NCBI GenBank assembly: GCA_051294375.1
Contig: CM119264.1
Coordinates: forward strand, 6,609,238-6,673,237
Length of the DNA stretch: 64,000 bases
Source of the DNA: Paraspadella gotoi
Taxonomy: Eukaryota; Animalia; Chaetognatha
Reading direction: 5' to 3'
The notes under the pieces were generated by a model. The model was not told where the DNA came from. It searched no databases and was given only the letters and a program-made list of their open reading frames with translations. Position 1 is the first letter of the stretch. Each line of letters starts with the position of its first letter. A program made the translations under genes and the position numbers. Below, one piece after another: positions 1-14,087 of this stretch.

Positions 1-928
1 TGTGTAAAACATCTCATATTAAGCATTTTATTGTGCATTGACTATATTTGAAGTATTACCTAAGTTACAAGCATTTAAACTCCAAGTAGAATGGACCAAC
101 AGACAGATATGTAGATATATATGCAGACATAAGGTCCGACCGACCGACTAGAAATTACTTTAGAGAGCCAACAAAAAAATATGTGTGAGACCCCCTTAGC
201 TTTTCGTAAAAAAGCCGCGAGCGGCAATGAAGGAAATGAAAGGAAGAAGAAAAGAAAAAAAGGTAAGGGCCTCTCGTGGGTAGGTCACGAAAATTCCCCG
301 ACGCAAAAGGGAAACCTTTTTTTCTCTCTCTCTCGGGCGGCGGGTTAAGCGNNNNNNNNNNNNNNNNNNNNNNNNNNNNNNNNNNNNNNNNNNNNNNNNN
401 NNNNNNNNNNNNNNNNNNNNNNNNNNNNNNNNNNNNNNNNNNNNNNNNNNNNNNNNNNNNNNNNNNNNNNNNNNNNNNNNNNNNNNNNNNNNNNNNNNNN
501 NNNNNNNNNNNNNNNNNNNNNNNNNNNNNNNNNNNNNNNNNNNNNNNNNNNNNNNNNNNNNNNNNNNNNNNNNNNNNNNNNNNNNNNNNNNNNNNNNNNN
601 NNNNNNNNNNNNNNNNNNNNNNNNNNNNNNNNNNNNNNNNNNNNNNNNNNNNNNNNNNNNNNNNNNNNNNNNNNNNNNNNNNNNNNNNNNNNNNNNNNNN
701 NNNNNNNNNNNNNNNNNNNNNNNNNNNNNNNNNNNNNNNNNNNNNNNNNNNNNNNNNNNNNNNNNNNNNNNNNNNNNNTTTTTCCCCCCTTCCTCTCGCT
801 CACTAGTCACTTTTCTCATTACTTTCTCTTCCTCGTCTGTGTTCTCTCATTAACCTCCATTGTTCCGCTTTCCGCTCACCTCGTTATATCCCTTATTTCG
901 GTCATTGTCTTTCAACTCGCAAAAAAAA
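1..928 (+). repeat. Direct duplicate of ~5590-7175 (probable assembly false duplication)
   Basis: 1-351 matches ~5590-5958 and 779-928 matches ~7023-7175, with mostly 1-bp indel differences. The copy ends at a 25-N gap. Confidence 0.85.
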
Positions 929-1375
929 NNNNNNNNNNNNNNNNNNNNNNNNNAGGAGAGATAAGAGTCTTGAGGCCGACAATTGACTTCGAGTTGAGCG
1001 AGGAAAGGACGTGAAGCGAGAAAAGAAAAAGACCAAGAAATTCTGTCAATAGTTTGAAATCGGATAGCAGAGTATTTTTTGAACCAAATATGGGCTAGAT
1101 TTTGTCGCACGAGAGAATTTCGTGAAACATGCAATGAAATCTCGAGGGTCGGGCTTTGGTTTTTATGGGCAATGGTTTGGGTGGGGAAGAGGAAGAGGAA
1201 GCCAGGATCGGGAAAAGGGTTTCAAAGAAAAGCTTGACCCTATTTGTGCGAATGAGAAGAAGCGAGAGAGGAGACAAAGACAGAGAGAGAGAGAGAGAGA
1301 GACAGGAAGCGAGAGTTCGCGGAAAAGAATAATAGGTAAGGGCTTCTTTATACATGATGAAAGAGTAAAAACAAT

Positions 1376-1457
<82 letters not shown>

Positions 1458-1931
1458 TGAAATGAAATTGAAAACTGCCTAAAAAGCTACTTATCTTATC
1501 ATTTGTAAGTTATTAATAAGTTTTTTGAGTTTTCATAAATGGTAAACTGAACAACTGATCAATTCTATTTTCTAGTGGACAATAGGCATGGGGCTCTTTC
1601 TAACTCAATCAAGCAGACATTTTTGTTGGAAACTCGATCGCCACCCCAAAAGCGTTCTATTGGTGATATATTTAGTCATAAACAGTAATTAATCGCAAAT
1701 GTTATTGATAATACTATCAAAAATAATGAGTTAGTTTTTATAATTCGTTTTTCTTTGTACCGATATATTTTGTACGTATTCGGTAAGTGGGATCATGCCT
1801 GGCAGCAATCCAAGGCAATATTTTGATCTATATGAATAGGAACTATGAAAGACTTAATTGCTCGTAATTGTAAATTTATCAATTTTTTCCCGAGTGATAA
1901 GACCAGCGATAGAGAGAGAGAGGAGAGAGAG

Positions 1932-1976
<45 letters not shown>

Positions 1977-2068
1977 ATTGATTGTATTGGAATCAAGCAA
2001 ACAGGCCTTTGGACTACGTTGTGCCTAAAAAGCTAAATCAATTTACAAAAATATTTACTAAGGTGTTG

Positions 2069-2138
<70 letters not shown>

Positions 2139-4277
2139 CGAGAGAGATACTAACGGCAACGTTTACTGTCCTCCGGATACGAAAATCCAGATGTCAACAA
2201 TTAAAATTCGATTCTCGAACTCGAGTCGAGAGGGAACGACGAAATAACAACAACAACAACAACATCGAAAGTTTATCGATGATTGGGAGATCGATGAACC
2301 TCTTCAACTAGAAACCCGATCGACGTGACCATATGTGACCAGAATTACTGACCCTTCGCTCACTTGTGACCAGTACATTCGATTCCGCGAGCCAGTGGCC
2401 TCAGTCATTTCCATTGCCATTCGGTGAAATGAATCAGACATTTGTTCAGGGCGTCAGTGTGTTTCGATCGCTCTTGTTGTATTCTTTTCCGCTATTAGTT
2501 TTCGTAGCCTCATTCATTTCTGCTCTCTACCCTGTCTAAAATAACTTCATCGAGATCTGACCGCAATAAAAAATTCGTAATATTTGTTAAATACACGACT
2601 GAATAACCATTTTTATAACACTAATATTTCAAAATTTATATTTACTTTTCTATTTCCCAATCATTTCGTTTAATTCAATTAGATTGATGATCATTCTGTG
2701 TTTTTGGTAGTGTTGTGTGGTTGTTTGTGATAGTTATTCTAGGTTGTGATTGATTATGGCAGGTTATTTATCGTTTTGGTTATGGTAAGTATGATAGTTT
2801 GTGATGTTGTGGACAGAAGACTGACTTTGACTAAGCGAATCGATTATTTTGCAAATTGTAATGTTTGAATTATAAATCATTTTTTTATTTATTCTATATT
2901 CTTCCACAAATACACGATTTTTTTTGTTTTTTCCGTCACTTTTCTTCATTTTTTTTTTTTAATAAAATTTCTCTTATTCCTCTTTAAAAAAAAAAAGAAC
3001 GAGAGATTTTCTTGAGACTTTGTCTTCGTTCTCCATTCTTCCTTTTTTTGTGACTATCGGCTTATTCTCTCATCCAGCTAAATTGAGAGACTTTAATCTC
3101 ACTTCACTTTTGTTTTTTTTTTTTTTTTTGTTTTTTTTTTTTTTTTTTTCAACGAAGCGACGACTTTTAAGTCTTAGTCGAGTTAAGAAAAAATGATAAG
3201 ATTAGTTGAAAAGTATACATTTGACAATAAGATACTTTTATATAGAATCACTCTATCGTCCAGTCATTAATCTTACGAAATATTCAATTATATATTCGCA
3301 TGGCTGAATGAGCGAATTCAAACAAAAATTGATTGAATATACGTAACTAGCAGTGAGAAGCTTTTTTCTCATGACCGCAGAAGTTCGGTCAAAATGCGTA
3401 TAAGTAACTTTATTTTCATACTGGAAAGATTTGCTAATAGGTACGACATACCAGTTATTTCATTTTTAAACAATATATTGCAGAGATGTATATAACATTA
3501 CTGAACGTACAAGAAATAAACAGAATATATAATCCTGGTCATAGCTTTTTTTTTTTTTCAACCACTTTAATCTTTCATCTCTCCTTCCACTTGGACATCA
3601 TCCACTCCCGATCCTCTTCTTCCCATCCACCCTCCTCCTACCTTCTCGGCTCATCTCTTTTTCCCTCTTCTTCCTCTCCTGCCTTCTCTGTTCCCCTCAT
3701 ACCCTCCTTCTTCGTTTTCCGGTTCCTTGGCTTTAATTCTGCTTCCTTTTTTTTCTTAATTCCAATCAGATCCGCTCCCTTTCTCAAGTCAGTCCCCAAC
3801 AGCAAGAGAGAGAGAGAGAAGAGAGAGCGAGAGAGAGAGACGAGGAGAGAGAGAGAGACTCGTGGGTGCTCGTACGCCAGGAATGCTTGCTCATCCGATT
3901 CTGAGATTATCGCTTCAGTGTTGAGTAACTCTCCGATTCGGTTAGGTGAGCTCTCTCCTGTCTCTCGCTCCGGTCTCATCTCATCTCTCTCGTCCCTCTC
4001 TCTCTCATCTCTCTCTTGTCTCTCTCTCTCTTCTCTCAAACTAGATGGAACGCCGTAGCCGTGCCATTTTTTGTCGCGAGACCACTTTGGTAGAACGACA
4101 GGATGCGACAAGGGGTTTATTTTCGAAGAATATTGGAGAAAAAAATAAGAAAGCGAAAAGGGAAGAAAGAAATAAAAAAGAAATAAAGAAAGGTAAACAA
4201 TTTGAAACTATTAAAAACGATAGAAAAGAAAGCGACGAAGAGAGAGGGAAGAGAAGAGACAGAGATAAGACGGAACG

Positions 4278-4309
<32 letters not shown>

Positions 4310-4659
4310 GAGAAAAAATGACTTTCAATCGAGTGCTCGAATGTTTTTTTCTAAAGTGCGGCACATGAACTTTTCCCCCTAAAATCCCTTTCCGTGTATT
4401 CTCCTCTTCCAATGCTCTTTTTCCTGTCTTCCTTTTTTTCCTTTTTCCTCTTTTGATTCCATTCGTCGCTCTTTTTTCTCCCTTCTACTTTCCTCACCCA
4501 AAACTCCAGAAACACTCACGCCTAATTTCTCTCACACATGTCTCCTCTCCCGTTTTTTTTCCGGCGCCTCCTCGATCCTAAGGCGACGTAAAGAAAGGTA
4601 GAAAATCGGCGCGAAGCAAATCGCCCGAACCGAGTTCGAGTAAATCGAAGTAAGACATC

Positions 4660-4856
4660 CATTGGCGTTGCATTCCATCTGCATAGGAAGCAGCTCGAAA
4701 ACCCACACCACCTCGGACCACTGTGCTTCCTATCGCGCCGACGATGCGTGCTAAAACGTCCACTGTGCGGCGAGGGTCTCTAAATTCCATCTTATAATAC
4801 GATCGTGGCAAAGCCTGTCCAGAGTCAGGGCCGAGGACAGCTTATTTTTATTGAAT
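4660..4856 (+). mobile_element. 3' end relic of an unclassified element (copy 1)
   Basis: The frame ending at TAA 4795-97 reads WRCIPSA*EAARKPT..PIAPTMRAKTSTVRRGSLNSIL*. The tail aaagcctgtccagagtcagggccgaggacagcttattt is shared with 53612-53688. Confidence 0.55.
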
Positions 4857-7282
4857 TGAGTGTAATTTTTATTTATTATATTTGGTTGTATTAATTTGCA
4901 AACACTACTATTGAGAAATATAAATACTACGAATCTAGATAGCTATAAAGAAATGAAATCACAATTACAATTTTTCTATTGATTTTAGGAAGGAGAAGAG
5001 AGAGAAGAAGAGAGAGAGAAAGAAACAGAAATTGGGGGGAAGAAACAAGTAAAGAAGAAAGAAAGGAGGAGAGAGGAGAAGGAAGGAAGAAATAGGACAA
5101 GAAAATATATAATCAAAGATAGAAATTGAAATTAGAAAAGAGTGAGAGAACGTACGATTGCAATTCTCCCACCCCCCTTCTCTCCTCACTGACGAAGAGA
5201 ATCTCGAAACCGGGTTTCACGACTCGTTCCACCAAAACTTTTCTTCGGCTATGAGATTTTCGTGACGCCTTCGACTTTCAGAGTATTCCACTTTTCACGA
5301 AAGAAAAATAGTTTTTTTTTCGTTAACAAAAAAAAAAAAAACAAAAAAAAAACAAGGAGGCGCGAGGTTAATGTTGGCGCTTGTGTAATAACTATTCTTG
5401 TATTTACATATTGTATGATTTATGAAGAAGGTTAAGCCCGTTTACATATCATCTTGTAACCATTTATGCCTTACCCGTAAGTTATGTAAGTTCACATAAA
5501 TACAGGTGTACCTGTACAATACTGTTAATTGATACCACATCCTCTCTGTTAAGTAATGAGTTAAAATAAATTTGGTATTTTAATTAATGCTGAATAAACA
5601 ATCTGCTATTAAGCATTTTAATGTGCAATTGACTTATAATTTGAAGTATTACCTAAGTACAAAGCATTTAAAACTCTAAAGTAGAATGGACCAACAGACA
5701 GATATGTAGATATCATATGCAGACATAAGGTCCGACCGACCGACTAGAAATTTACTTTAGAGAGCCGCAAAAAAAAATATGTGTGAGACCCCTTAGCTTT
5801 TTCGGTAAAAAAGCCGCGGACGCGGCAATGAAGGAAATGAAAGGAAGAAGAAAAGAAAAAAGGTAAGGGCCTCTCGTGGAAAGGTCACGAAAAAATTCCC
5901 CGACGCCAAAAGGGAAACCTTTTTTCTCTCTCTCTCTCGGACACGGCGGGTTTAAGCGTAAGTTTCGGGTCACGGGTCAGGGGCCGTCCATGGTCGGCGG
6001 GGGTCACGGGTCAGGGTCAATCTGGGGGAGGGGGTCGAGGGTCGGAGATGACCGAGTGGGCGAGAGAGAAACGCGATGGAAGGAATGGGAACGAATCCTC
6101 TTTTTCCTTTCCCTCTCCTCATCCTCTTCCTCCTCTTCCTCCCTTTTAGTCCCCCGCTTTTCCCTCCATTTTTTTTTTCATCTTTTTTTATTCCTTTTTT
6201 TCTCTCTCTGTCGTTTTCTTTTTTTACTCTATTTCATCACGCATAAAACGGGGTATATTTTTCGAAATCGAGTAAACAAAAAAGATTTCGGAATCTTCTT
6301 TACCGTTTTTTTAAAATTTCTTTTTCCTTAATTTTTTTTTTCTAACATTTTCTCATTTTTTTCAAAACAATTAATACCTAATTACTATTGCATAAAAAGG
6401 TTTTTATTAAATAATTTATACAAAATATCGAGATTGGTTTATTTATTAAACATTGCAATTCAAAATCAAATCATTTCTATGGTAGAAAGAGTTAGTAAGA
6501 ATAACGAGGACGAAGCAGATGACAAGGGTGAAAATCAGAGAAAGAGACAGAGAGAGAGAGAGAGAGAGTGAAAGACTCTAAAAACTTCTTTAAAGCAAAC
6601 GTCTTGATAAGGTATAGTTGCCGCTGTAAAACCATTTTCAGCCCAGAATATTGAGTCCGGTATCAATAGAATCTAAAATTATGATAAAAAGACAGATTTT
6701 ATCGAAAAGCAAAGTAAAAACAACTAAATACGTTTCAAGGATTTTCAAGAAGACTGTTTCTCATTTCGTGCGGGCCATACCATGAGACATATCCATGAAT
6801 TTCAGTAACTAGTTGAAAGGTCTTTTATCCTCTTGAATTCGCCGTATGCGAACAAAAAAAAGTTTCAGGGAAAATTAATAAACGAAGAAAAGATCAATAA
6901 AATCGCGAATTCCAATGCGGTAAACGTTAAAACTATTCCTTTTCGGTTTTACCCCGTTTTATGCGTGATGCCTTTCTCTCTTTTTCTTTCTTTTTTCTCC
7001 TTTTTCCTCCTTTTTTTCTCTTTTTTTTCCCCCTTCCTCTCGCTCACTAGTCACTTTTTCATTACTTTTCTCTTCCTCGTCTGTGTTCTCTCATTAACCT
7101 CCATTGTTCGCTTTCCGCTCACCTCGTTATATCCCTTATTTCGCGTCATTTGTCTTTCAACTCGGCAAAAAAAAAAAAAAGAAAAAGAAAAGTTCGCTAC
7201 CGTTCACTCAGTCACACCTGACAACTTCACGCTTAAAAGAAGCTCAAACCCATCATTATGTCATCTCCTTTTTTCGCCTACC

Positions 7283-7615
7283 GCCCACTCGACTCCCACA
7301 CTCTCCACCAGGATCACCACCTCAACCACCCCGCCCACTCGACTCCTCACACTCTCCACCAGGATCACCACCTCAACCACCCGCCACTCGACTCCCCCAC
7401 ACTCTCCACCAGGCGATCACCACCTCAACCACCCGCCCACTCGACTCCCACACTCTCCACCAGATCACCACCGCCCACCACCCCGCCCATCGACTCCTAC
7501 ACTCTCAACCACCCACCACTCCACCACCACCCGCCACTTCGAATCCCCACACTCTCCACCCAGGACCACCACCTCCACACCCCTTCACTCGACTTCCCCC
7601 ACACACTCACCACCG
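7283..7615. repeat. C/A-rich minisatellite, ~50 bp unit, ~6.5 copies
   Basis: Unit ccactcgactcccacactctccaccaggatcaccacctcaaccacccgc starts at ~7286, 7337, 7385, 7437, 7487, 7535 and 7585, and degenerates to the right. Confidence 0.9.
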
Positions 7616-10600
7616 CTTCTTCTTCCCCCCGCACCACTCACACACGCCCCTCTCGTCCACATCATTACCCCGTCACCGCGAATAATCCAGAGAGACGCAT
7701 AATTGCGACGCTGACGGAACCCGGGTGACGACGGTGACGTCCTGGAGGAAGTACGAACAGCGCGGGACGGTTAATGCGAAAATCCTTCTTAACGAGCGAC
7801 TGGTCTCTTTCCATATAAAGTCTCGCGCGAGCTTCAAGGGTTCACTCTGCTCGGACTTGACGGGGTTTTAGAAAGAAGGTAAGTTTAATGAAGGTAATGA
7901 TTACGTTATGATTATTCAAGCGTAAAAAAAGTTGGTTTACTTGGATCGGTTGTAAAGTTTAAAACTTTAGAAAACGAACATACTTTTTTTTTTTTATTAA
8001 ATGAAGCTTGGAATCTCTCTCGAATAGAGCTGCATTGAAAAAAAAAAAACGTGTTGTTAAATTTTAATGAGAAATATTTTTAATGCTGGCATTTTCATCG
8101 AATTCTTTGGAAAACTTTTTTTTCTTTTTTAAAATCATAATATATTTTATTTCGATTTAAAAAAAAAAAAGAGAGAAATTTCCTTCTTCGTTCTCGAGTC
8201 TCTCGCCTTGAGTACGAAGGATATGGGCTCTCGATTCCGCTCTCGGCCTTGAAAGCCGGAATTCCGCTAAAACCCATAAGATTCATATCTTATCTTACGA
8301 TTCGAGGTCGCGCCGTTGGTTAAGAACCTTCCCGACCCCTCTCGCGCCCCCTTCCGCCCCCTTCTCTACTGAAGAAACAAATATGAACTATTTTTGGTTA
8401 AATCGTCGCAAAGATTTTTTGTTTCCTGTTCATTTTTTTCCGCCATCCAAAATTTGTTTTTGCCCCCACCCCCCTTAAAAAAACCCTCAGTTTAGTTTGT
8501 TTTCCACAACAAATAAAAAAGGAAAAGGAAACAAAAATGCGGCGTGGGAGATTTTTTTTTTTTTTTGACCAACGCATGGCGGCGACTGGGTCGACGTTTA
8601 ATCTAAAACGCGCGGGAGACGGGATGAAGCGATGGAGGGAGGAAAGAAGAACCGAAGCGGAGGAAAGGGAGGAAAAAAAAGGGAAAAAAATAGGAGGAAA
8701 GGAAAGAAATATAAAGTAAAATAAGAAAAACATTTGCTGAAGGAAAGAAGAAAAAAAAATTGACAGAAAAAGAAGAGAAAAAAAAAGAAAACTTGATATG
8801 TAAGTGAGAGCGAGTGAGAGAACCGCTGGAGGGAAAGGCATAAACTTCTCCAACATTTTCTTCATTCATCAAAAGCGGTTATAACCTCCTTCCTTTTTAT
8901 TGATTTTCTGGAGTCGGTGAGGTTTGTGTCGCGGCAGCGCAGCGGCTGCTGTTACGTCCGTTCGTCCGTTCGTCCTTATATCAATGCATTAACCTAATAT
9001 TGATTTAGTATTTATTATTATAGTTATTCAAACGCATACACGTAAATGATTTCCGGAAATTTCCATAATAGTCCTTTTTTTTTCGCACCAAAAAAAAAAA
9101 ATTAACGACAACATACTTGTTACTATCCAAGAAAAATTGAGGAAGATTTATTCGTTTCCTGCCAACATTTTTCGGATGATATGATTGGGGTGAAAAAACC
9201 AGAGAGAAATCGACCCCTGACCTCTCGCTGCCAAAGCCTTTTCCCTCTTCTATTATTTCGGCAGAAAAAAAAAAATAGAGAGAGATATTCCCTTTTACCG
9301 CTTAGTCGCCATTGTCTGTCTCTCTCTCTCTCTCTCTTAGTACTTCGTCTCCCACTCTCGTTATTCCGAGACTGACTTTTCTTAGGTAGTTATGGAATTT
9401 CCATAAAGACGCCTTTAAGAGGAGGAAAAACGGGAGGAGTAANNNNNNNNNNNNNNNNNNNNNNNNNNNNNNNNNNNNNNNNNNNNNNNNNNNNNNNNNN
9501 NNNNNNNNNNNNNNNNNNNNNNNNNNNNNNNNNNNNNNNNNNNNNNNNNNNNNNNNNNNNNNNNNNNNNNNNNNNNNNNNNNNNNNNNNNNNNNNNNNNN
9601 NNNNNNNNNNNNNNNNNNNNNNNNNNNNNNNNNNNNNNNNNNNNNNNNNNNNNNNNNNNNNNNNNNNNNNNNNNNNNNNNNNNNNNNNNNNNNNNNNNNN
9701 NNNNNNNNNNNNNNNNNNNNNNNNNNNNNNNNNNNNNNNNNNNNNNNNNNNNNNNNNNNNNNNNNNNNNNNNNNNNNNNNNNNNNNNNNNNNNNNNNNNN
9801 NNNNNNNNNNNNNNNNNNNNNNNNNNNNNNNNNNNNNNNNNNNNNNNNNNNNNNNNNNNNNNNNNNNNNNNNNNNNNNNNNNNNNNNNNNNNNNNNNNNN
9901 NNNNNNNNNNNNNNNNNNNNNNNNNNNNNNNNNNNNNNNNNNNNNNNNNNNNNNNNNNNNNNNNNNNNNNNNNNNNNNNNNNNNNNNNNNNNNNNNNNNN
10001 NNNNNNNNNNNNNNNNNNNNNNNNNNNNNNNNNNNNNNNNNNNNNNNNNNNNNNNNNNNNNNNNNNNNNNNNNNNNNNNNNNNNNNNNNNNNNNNNNNNN
10101 NNNNNNNNNNNNNNNNNNNNNNNNNNNNNNNNNNNNNNNNNNNNNNNNNNNNNNNNNNNNNNNNNNNNNNNNNNNNNNNNNNNNNNNNNNNNNNNNNNNN
10201 NNNNNNNNNNNNNNNNNNNNNNNNNNNNNNNNNNNNNNNNNNNNNNNNNNNNNNNNNNNNNNNNNNNNNNNNNNNNNNNNNNNNNNNNNNNNNNNNNNNN
10301 NNNNNNNNNNNNNNNNNNNNNNNNNNNNNNNNNNNNNNNNNNNNNNNNNNNAAGAGAGAGAGGAGGGGAGATCATGGGGCGACAAGCGTGAAGCAACAGT
10401 CATAAACCGACAGTTTATGCGGTCATTATATTTTTTTTCGTCATTGAATCCCCAAAGAGTTATCCCCCCCCCCAACTCGAACCCCCCCCCCTTCCCATCT
10501 CCAGTCGCCGAGCTTAAACGGTTTCCTTCCTCGATGCCAGCAGAGGCGGAAACACCGCCGCCGCCGCCGCCGCTTCCGCAGCCGCATGGAGCCGTGTTAT

Positions 10601-11486
10601 GACATACCTCCTTACCTTCAAACCATGCCACTCACGTTGCCAACGGACTGGCAAGGAACGAGAGGAAGACGAGAGGGAGAGACAGAGACAGAGTGAGACG
10701 AGAGGAGAGAGAGAGAGAGAAGAGAGAAGAAGAGAGAGGAGAGATGAGAGAGAGAGTCGAAGGTGCTGACCCTGTTCATTTTCGAGATGGGAGTTAATGG
10801 AGATGGGTGAGTGGAGGTAGGAAGGGAAGAGGAGATGAGGAGGAAGAGGGTGAGGTCGAAAAGGAAAGGACCCGCTCCTGTCCCATTTTCCTCTGACATC
10901 CGATGTCAAACATTTTTTCGCCTCTTCTCAGACCTCACCTCCTATAGACCCGAAGATGGAAACCTCCTTCGCAATGGAAGAGAAAGGTTTTCTCTTTCTC
11001 TTCTTCCTTTCTTATTCTCCTTTTCTATTTTTTTCTTTTCGTTTCTCTTCTTTTCTTTTTTTTTTTAACATTGAAAGGAAAGAAAGGAGGGCCCGTCTTT
11101 TTCGTTTCTTTTTAAGCTACGAAAAAAACATAGAAAATAAAAGAATCTTTTTTTTCTCACAGAAAATGAGATTAAAAAAAGGAAGTGATCTTTTTTTCGT
11201 CGCTGTTGTTGTCGAGTTGCTCTTTTTCCCCCCCCCATTTTTCCTTAATGAGAAAAAGAGAGGAATGGAACGCTTCTCTTAATAGAGAAGGACGAGAAAA
11301 AGAGAGGGAACGTTTCTTCTCTCTAATCTTTTCTTTTTAGAAAGAAAAAAAAAGGAAAAAAAGCCCCTTTTCTTTTTTTTTTTTGTTTCCCATTGGGAGA
11401 TAAGGGTGGAAGGGAGATGCCGAGCTGAAAAGCCTCTGTCTGATGGATGGTGCGTAGTTAATTATACTCGCTATAGCTGAGCTCTC

Positions 11487-11563
<77 letters not shown>

Positions 11564-11644
11564 CAGTGTGCTTTCTTTGTGCGGTCTCTGCGCTCTCTCT
11601 TCCCCCTGCAAAAAATATTTTGAATAACTCGAGCCTCAATTTCG

Positions 11645-11727
<83 letters not shown>

Positions 11728-13849
11728 TCTCTCTCTCTTCTTTTGGTTCTGATTATTCAGGATTATCAGTTTTAATGCCCGCCTTCCTTTCGCCCGCTAT
11801 TCTTCTTCCATCTCAAAACTGGATGAGCCTTTTGTTTAATGCGATGATTCGACGTCGAGTGGCGCTCGTAATTTTTCAATTTACTCCTAAAACGAATGAG
11901 CATCGATAAAAATTCCATTCACGAGTTGAATTTACGATCGTTTCGCTGCCATTTCCTCATCACTCGTGAAAAAAAAACGGTTAAAAAAGGACACGCTCGT
12001 TTTAATGACGTTTTACAAAAGCAACTTTAATCTAATATACATATTGTAGTAAGTTATTTTATTACACTCATTTGGATTTGCGTGATCAAGTATTAAAGAT
12101 TTACTTATCTCTGCCTTTAAATTTTTAATGCACGTTTTCCTTTATGCTACATTTTTTATAAGCGAGCAAATGACTGTTAAAAGTGTTGCCTCGTTTTCAT
12201 TCGTAATCGAATAGTATTTGTTTCAGTCTATAAATATAAAGATTTTTTTTGCTTTATCCATTTCAGAAATCCATAGTAAATTGTCTTGTGGAAAGGATCA
12301 TAACTGATAAGTTTATAATGATAGCATCGTGAGTTATTTCCACTTTCCATACGTTCAACACCTGACGAGTTGCGAAGTAAAAAAAAGGTTTACTGTTCGT
12401 AACCTTTCCCTCTCGCGCGCGTCAAGAAAAAATCCCCGCGGGGAAGAAAAAAGTTGTCTCGTTATGGACGTTGGAGACGAAGTCGCGACTCCTGATCCCT
12501 GAAATGGGGACCTCTTTCGGGGAAGCGAGGTGAGCAGGGGAAGTGGAGGAGCGACGGAGATGCGGCGTAGCAGGGAGAAGAGGAGCACAGGTTTACAAGG
12601 GGAAGAGGAAGAAGGGGAGTAGAAACCGAGAAGGGGAGCAAAGCCCGATGAAAATAAGAAGGGGAATGGGCGGAGGTGTGCAGAAAACGGATTACTAGAG
12701 CAGGAGAGGAGCAGAAATGGAGAAGTAGAGCGATGGAGGAAACAAAGACGAAGGGTCGGAGCGAAAATATGGTTACAAACTTAAAATATAAAAAAAAGAA
12801 GCCAGAAGCGAAGAATAAATCAGGACAGAGATAGAGAGAAGCAAGTAAGTAAAGAAGATAAACTACGCCGATCGAGAGAAAGAGAGAGAGAGAAAGGGAA
12901 AGATGCGACGAAGCAGCTTCGGCGCGGCGACGGAGAGTGGCGGCTGCCGCTGCGAATGGCGAATGCCGAATATATATAAACGGTTTTACGACCTTTCCTA
13001 GTAATGCCAATCATTAACGGATACTGTAAAAAGCCTTTGCAATTACGACGAGCGAATGGATTGCTTACCGACTTCAATGAAATAGCGAAGACTGCGACTT
13101 CATGGAAATTTCGCAATTCATCTCCGATTGCCTTAATCACAAGGTCACGCTTGACAGAGAGTCGTCAGAGCTTGGCGAATAAGCTTGTACTCTTCAAACT
13201 ATCACCTTATAAAATATTAGCTAAATCAGGCCGAAGAGAGGGAATAAAATATGACTCACAGTAAGTTCTTAGGCCAAAATTTTAAATGTTAAATGGGTTT
13301 GGGAGAAGGAATGAATAAACGAATTTGATTTGCAATAACGCGAAAATATTTAGAGTGAGTGGTAATGCAGCGCAATAGGACGAATGTACTATAAAAAGTA
13401 CTTAAACTTTACTGTGAAGAATAAATATTACATACCGGACCATTAGAGATATTTAAGTGAGTTACAGTATTTCATTTTGAAGGAAAAATTAAGTCTCTTG
13501 TTTTTTGGTGGGAATATCGATCGCGTAGCGAATGGCTTAAATCGCTGCGTATGAGGGGAAAAAAATTTGCGCGTGACGGCCCGCGCGAGTTTTGTCATAA
13601 ATCACAATTTCACATAAGAGCATCGTAATCTGGAAAGTTGGCCTCTTTTTTTTTCACAGATGTGTCAAGAAAAGATTTTTCTCTGAAATTCTTTTTCTCT
13701 TTTCTCGCGAAAAAAATCCCTTTTTTAAGTTATTTATGCTATTTGTAATACAAATTACCATAGTAAAGATTGTGACAAAATACACACTGACTTTTCTCTT
13801 CTGACTGAATCTTAATGAATCCAATTGCCACTTCTTTTCTATTAAATAC

Positions 13850-14087
13850 ATATATGTGGATAAGGCGCTACGTTGGGCTGAAGATGACTGTCCGTAACTT
13901 CTATAACCCCCTCTAGCAGCCATGGAACGGGTCCCTGGGCTTGGAACCAGGCTTGAGGGTTTGCCATGTCCCCAAGGCGGCTTACGGCCGTCCTCACGCT
14001 TCCCACAGTGGAGGTACCGGGTTGGGATTGAACCCGGTACCTAGTGGTCATGAGCTGATGGCTTTTACTCAATGAGCCACCGGGGTC
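13850..14087 (-). mobile_element. tRNA-derived SINE-like element
   Basis: The minus strand starts gaccccggTGGCTCATTGAGTaaaagcc (A-box-like), then GGTTCAATCCC (B box, 14024-34), then a GC-richer non-tRNA body. The 3' end is approximate. Confidence 0.65.

Noticed and set aside
7283-7615. CRISPR-like periodicity
   Set aside because: No unique spacers, eukaryotic context and no cas genes.
6833-7728. Three overlapping Pro/Thr/His-rich ORFs
   Set aside because: All are translations of the stop-free minisatellite.
9302-10631. Long ORFs spanning N runs (also at 33.5-35 kb and 43-48.8 kb)
   Set aside because: Artefacts of assembly gaps.
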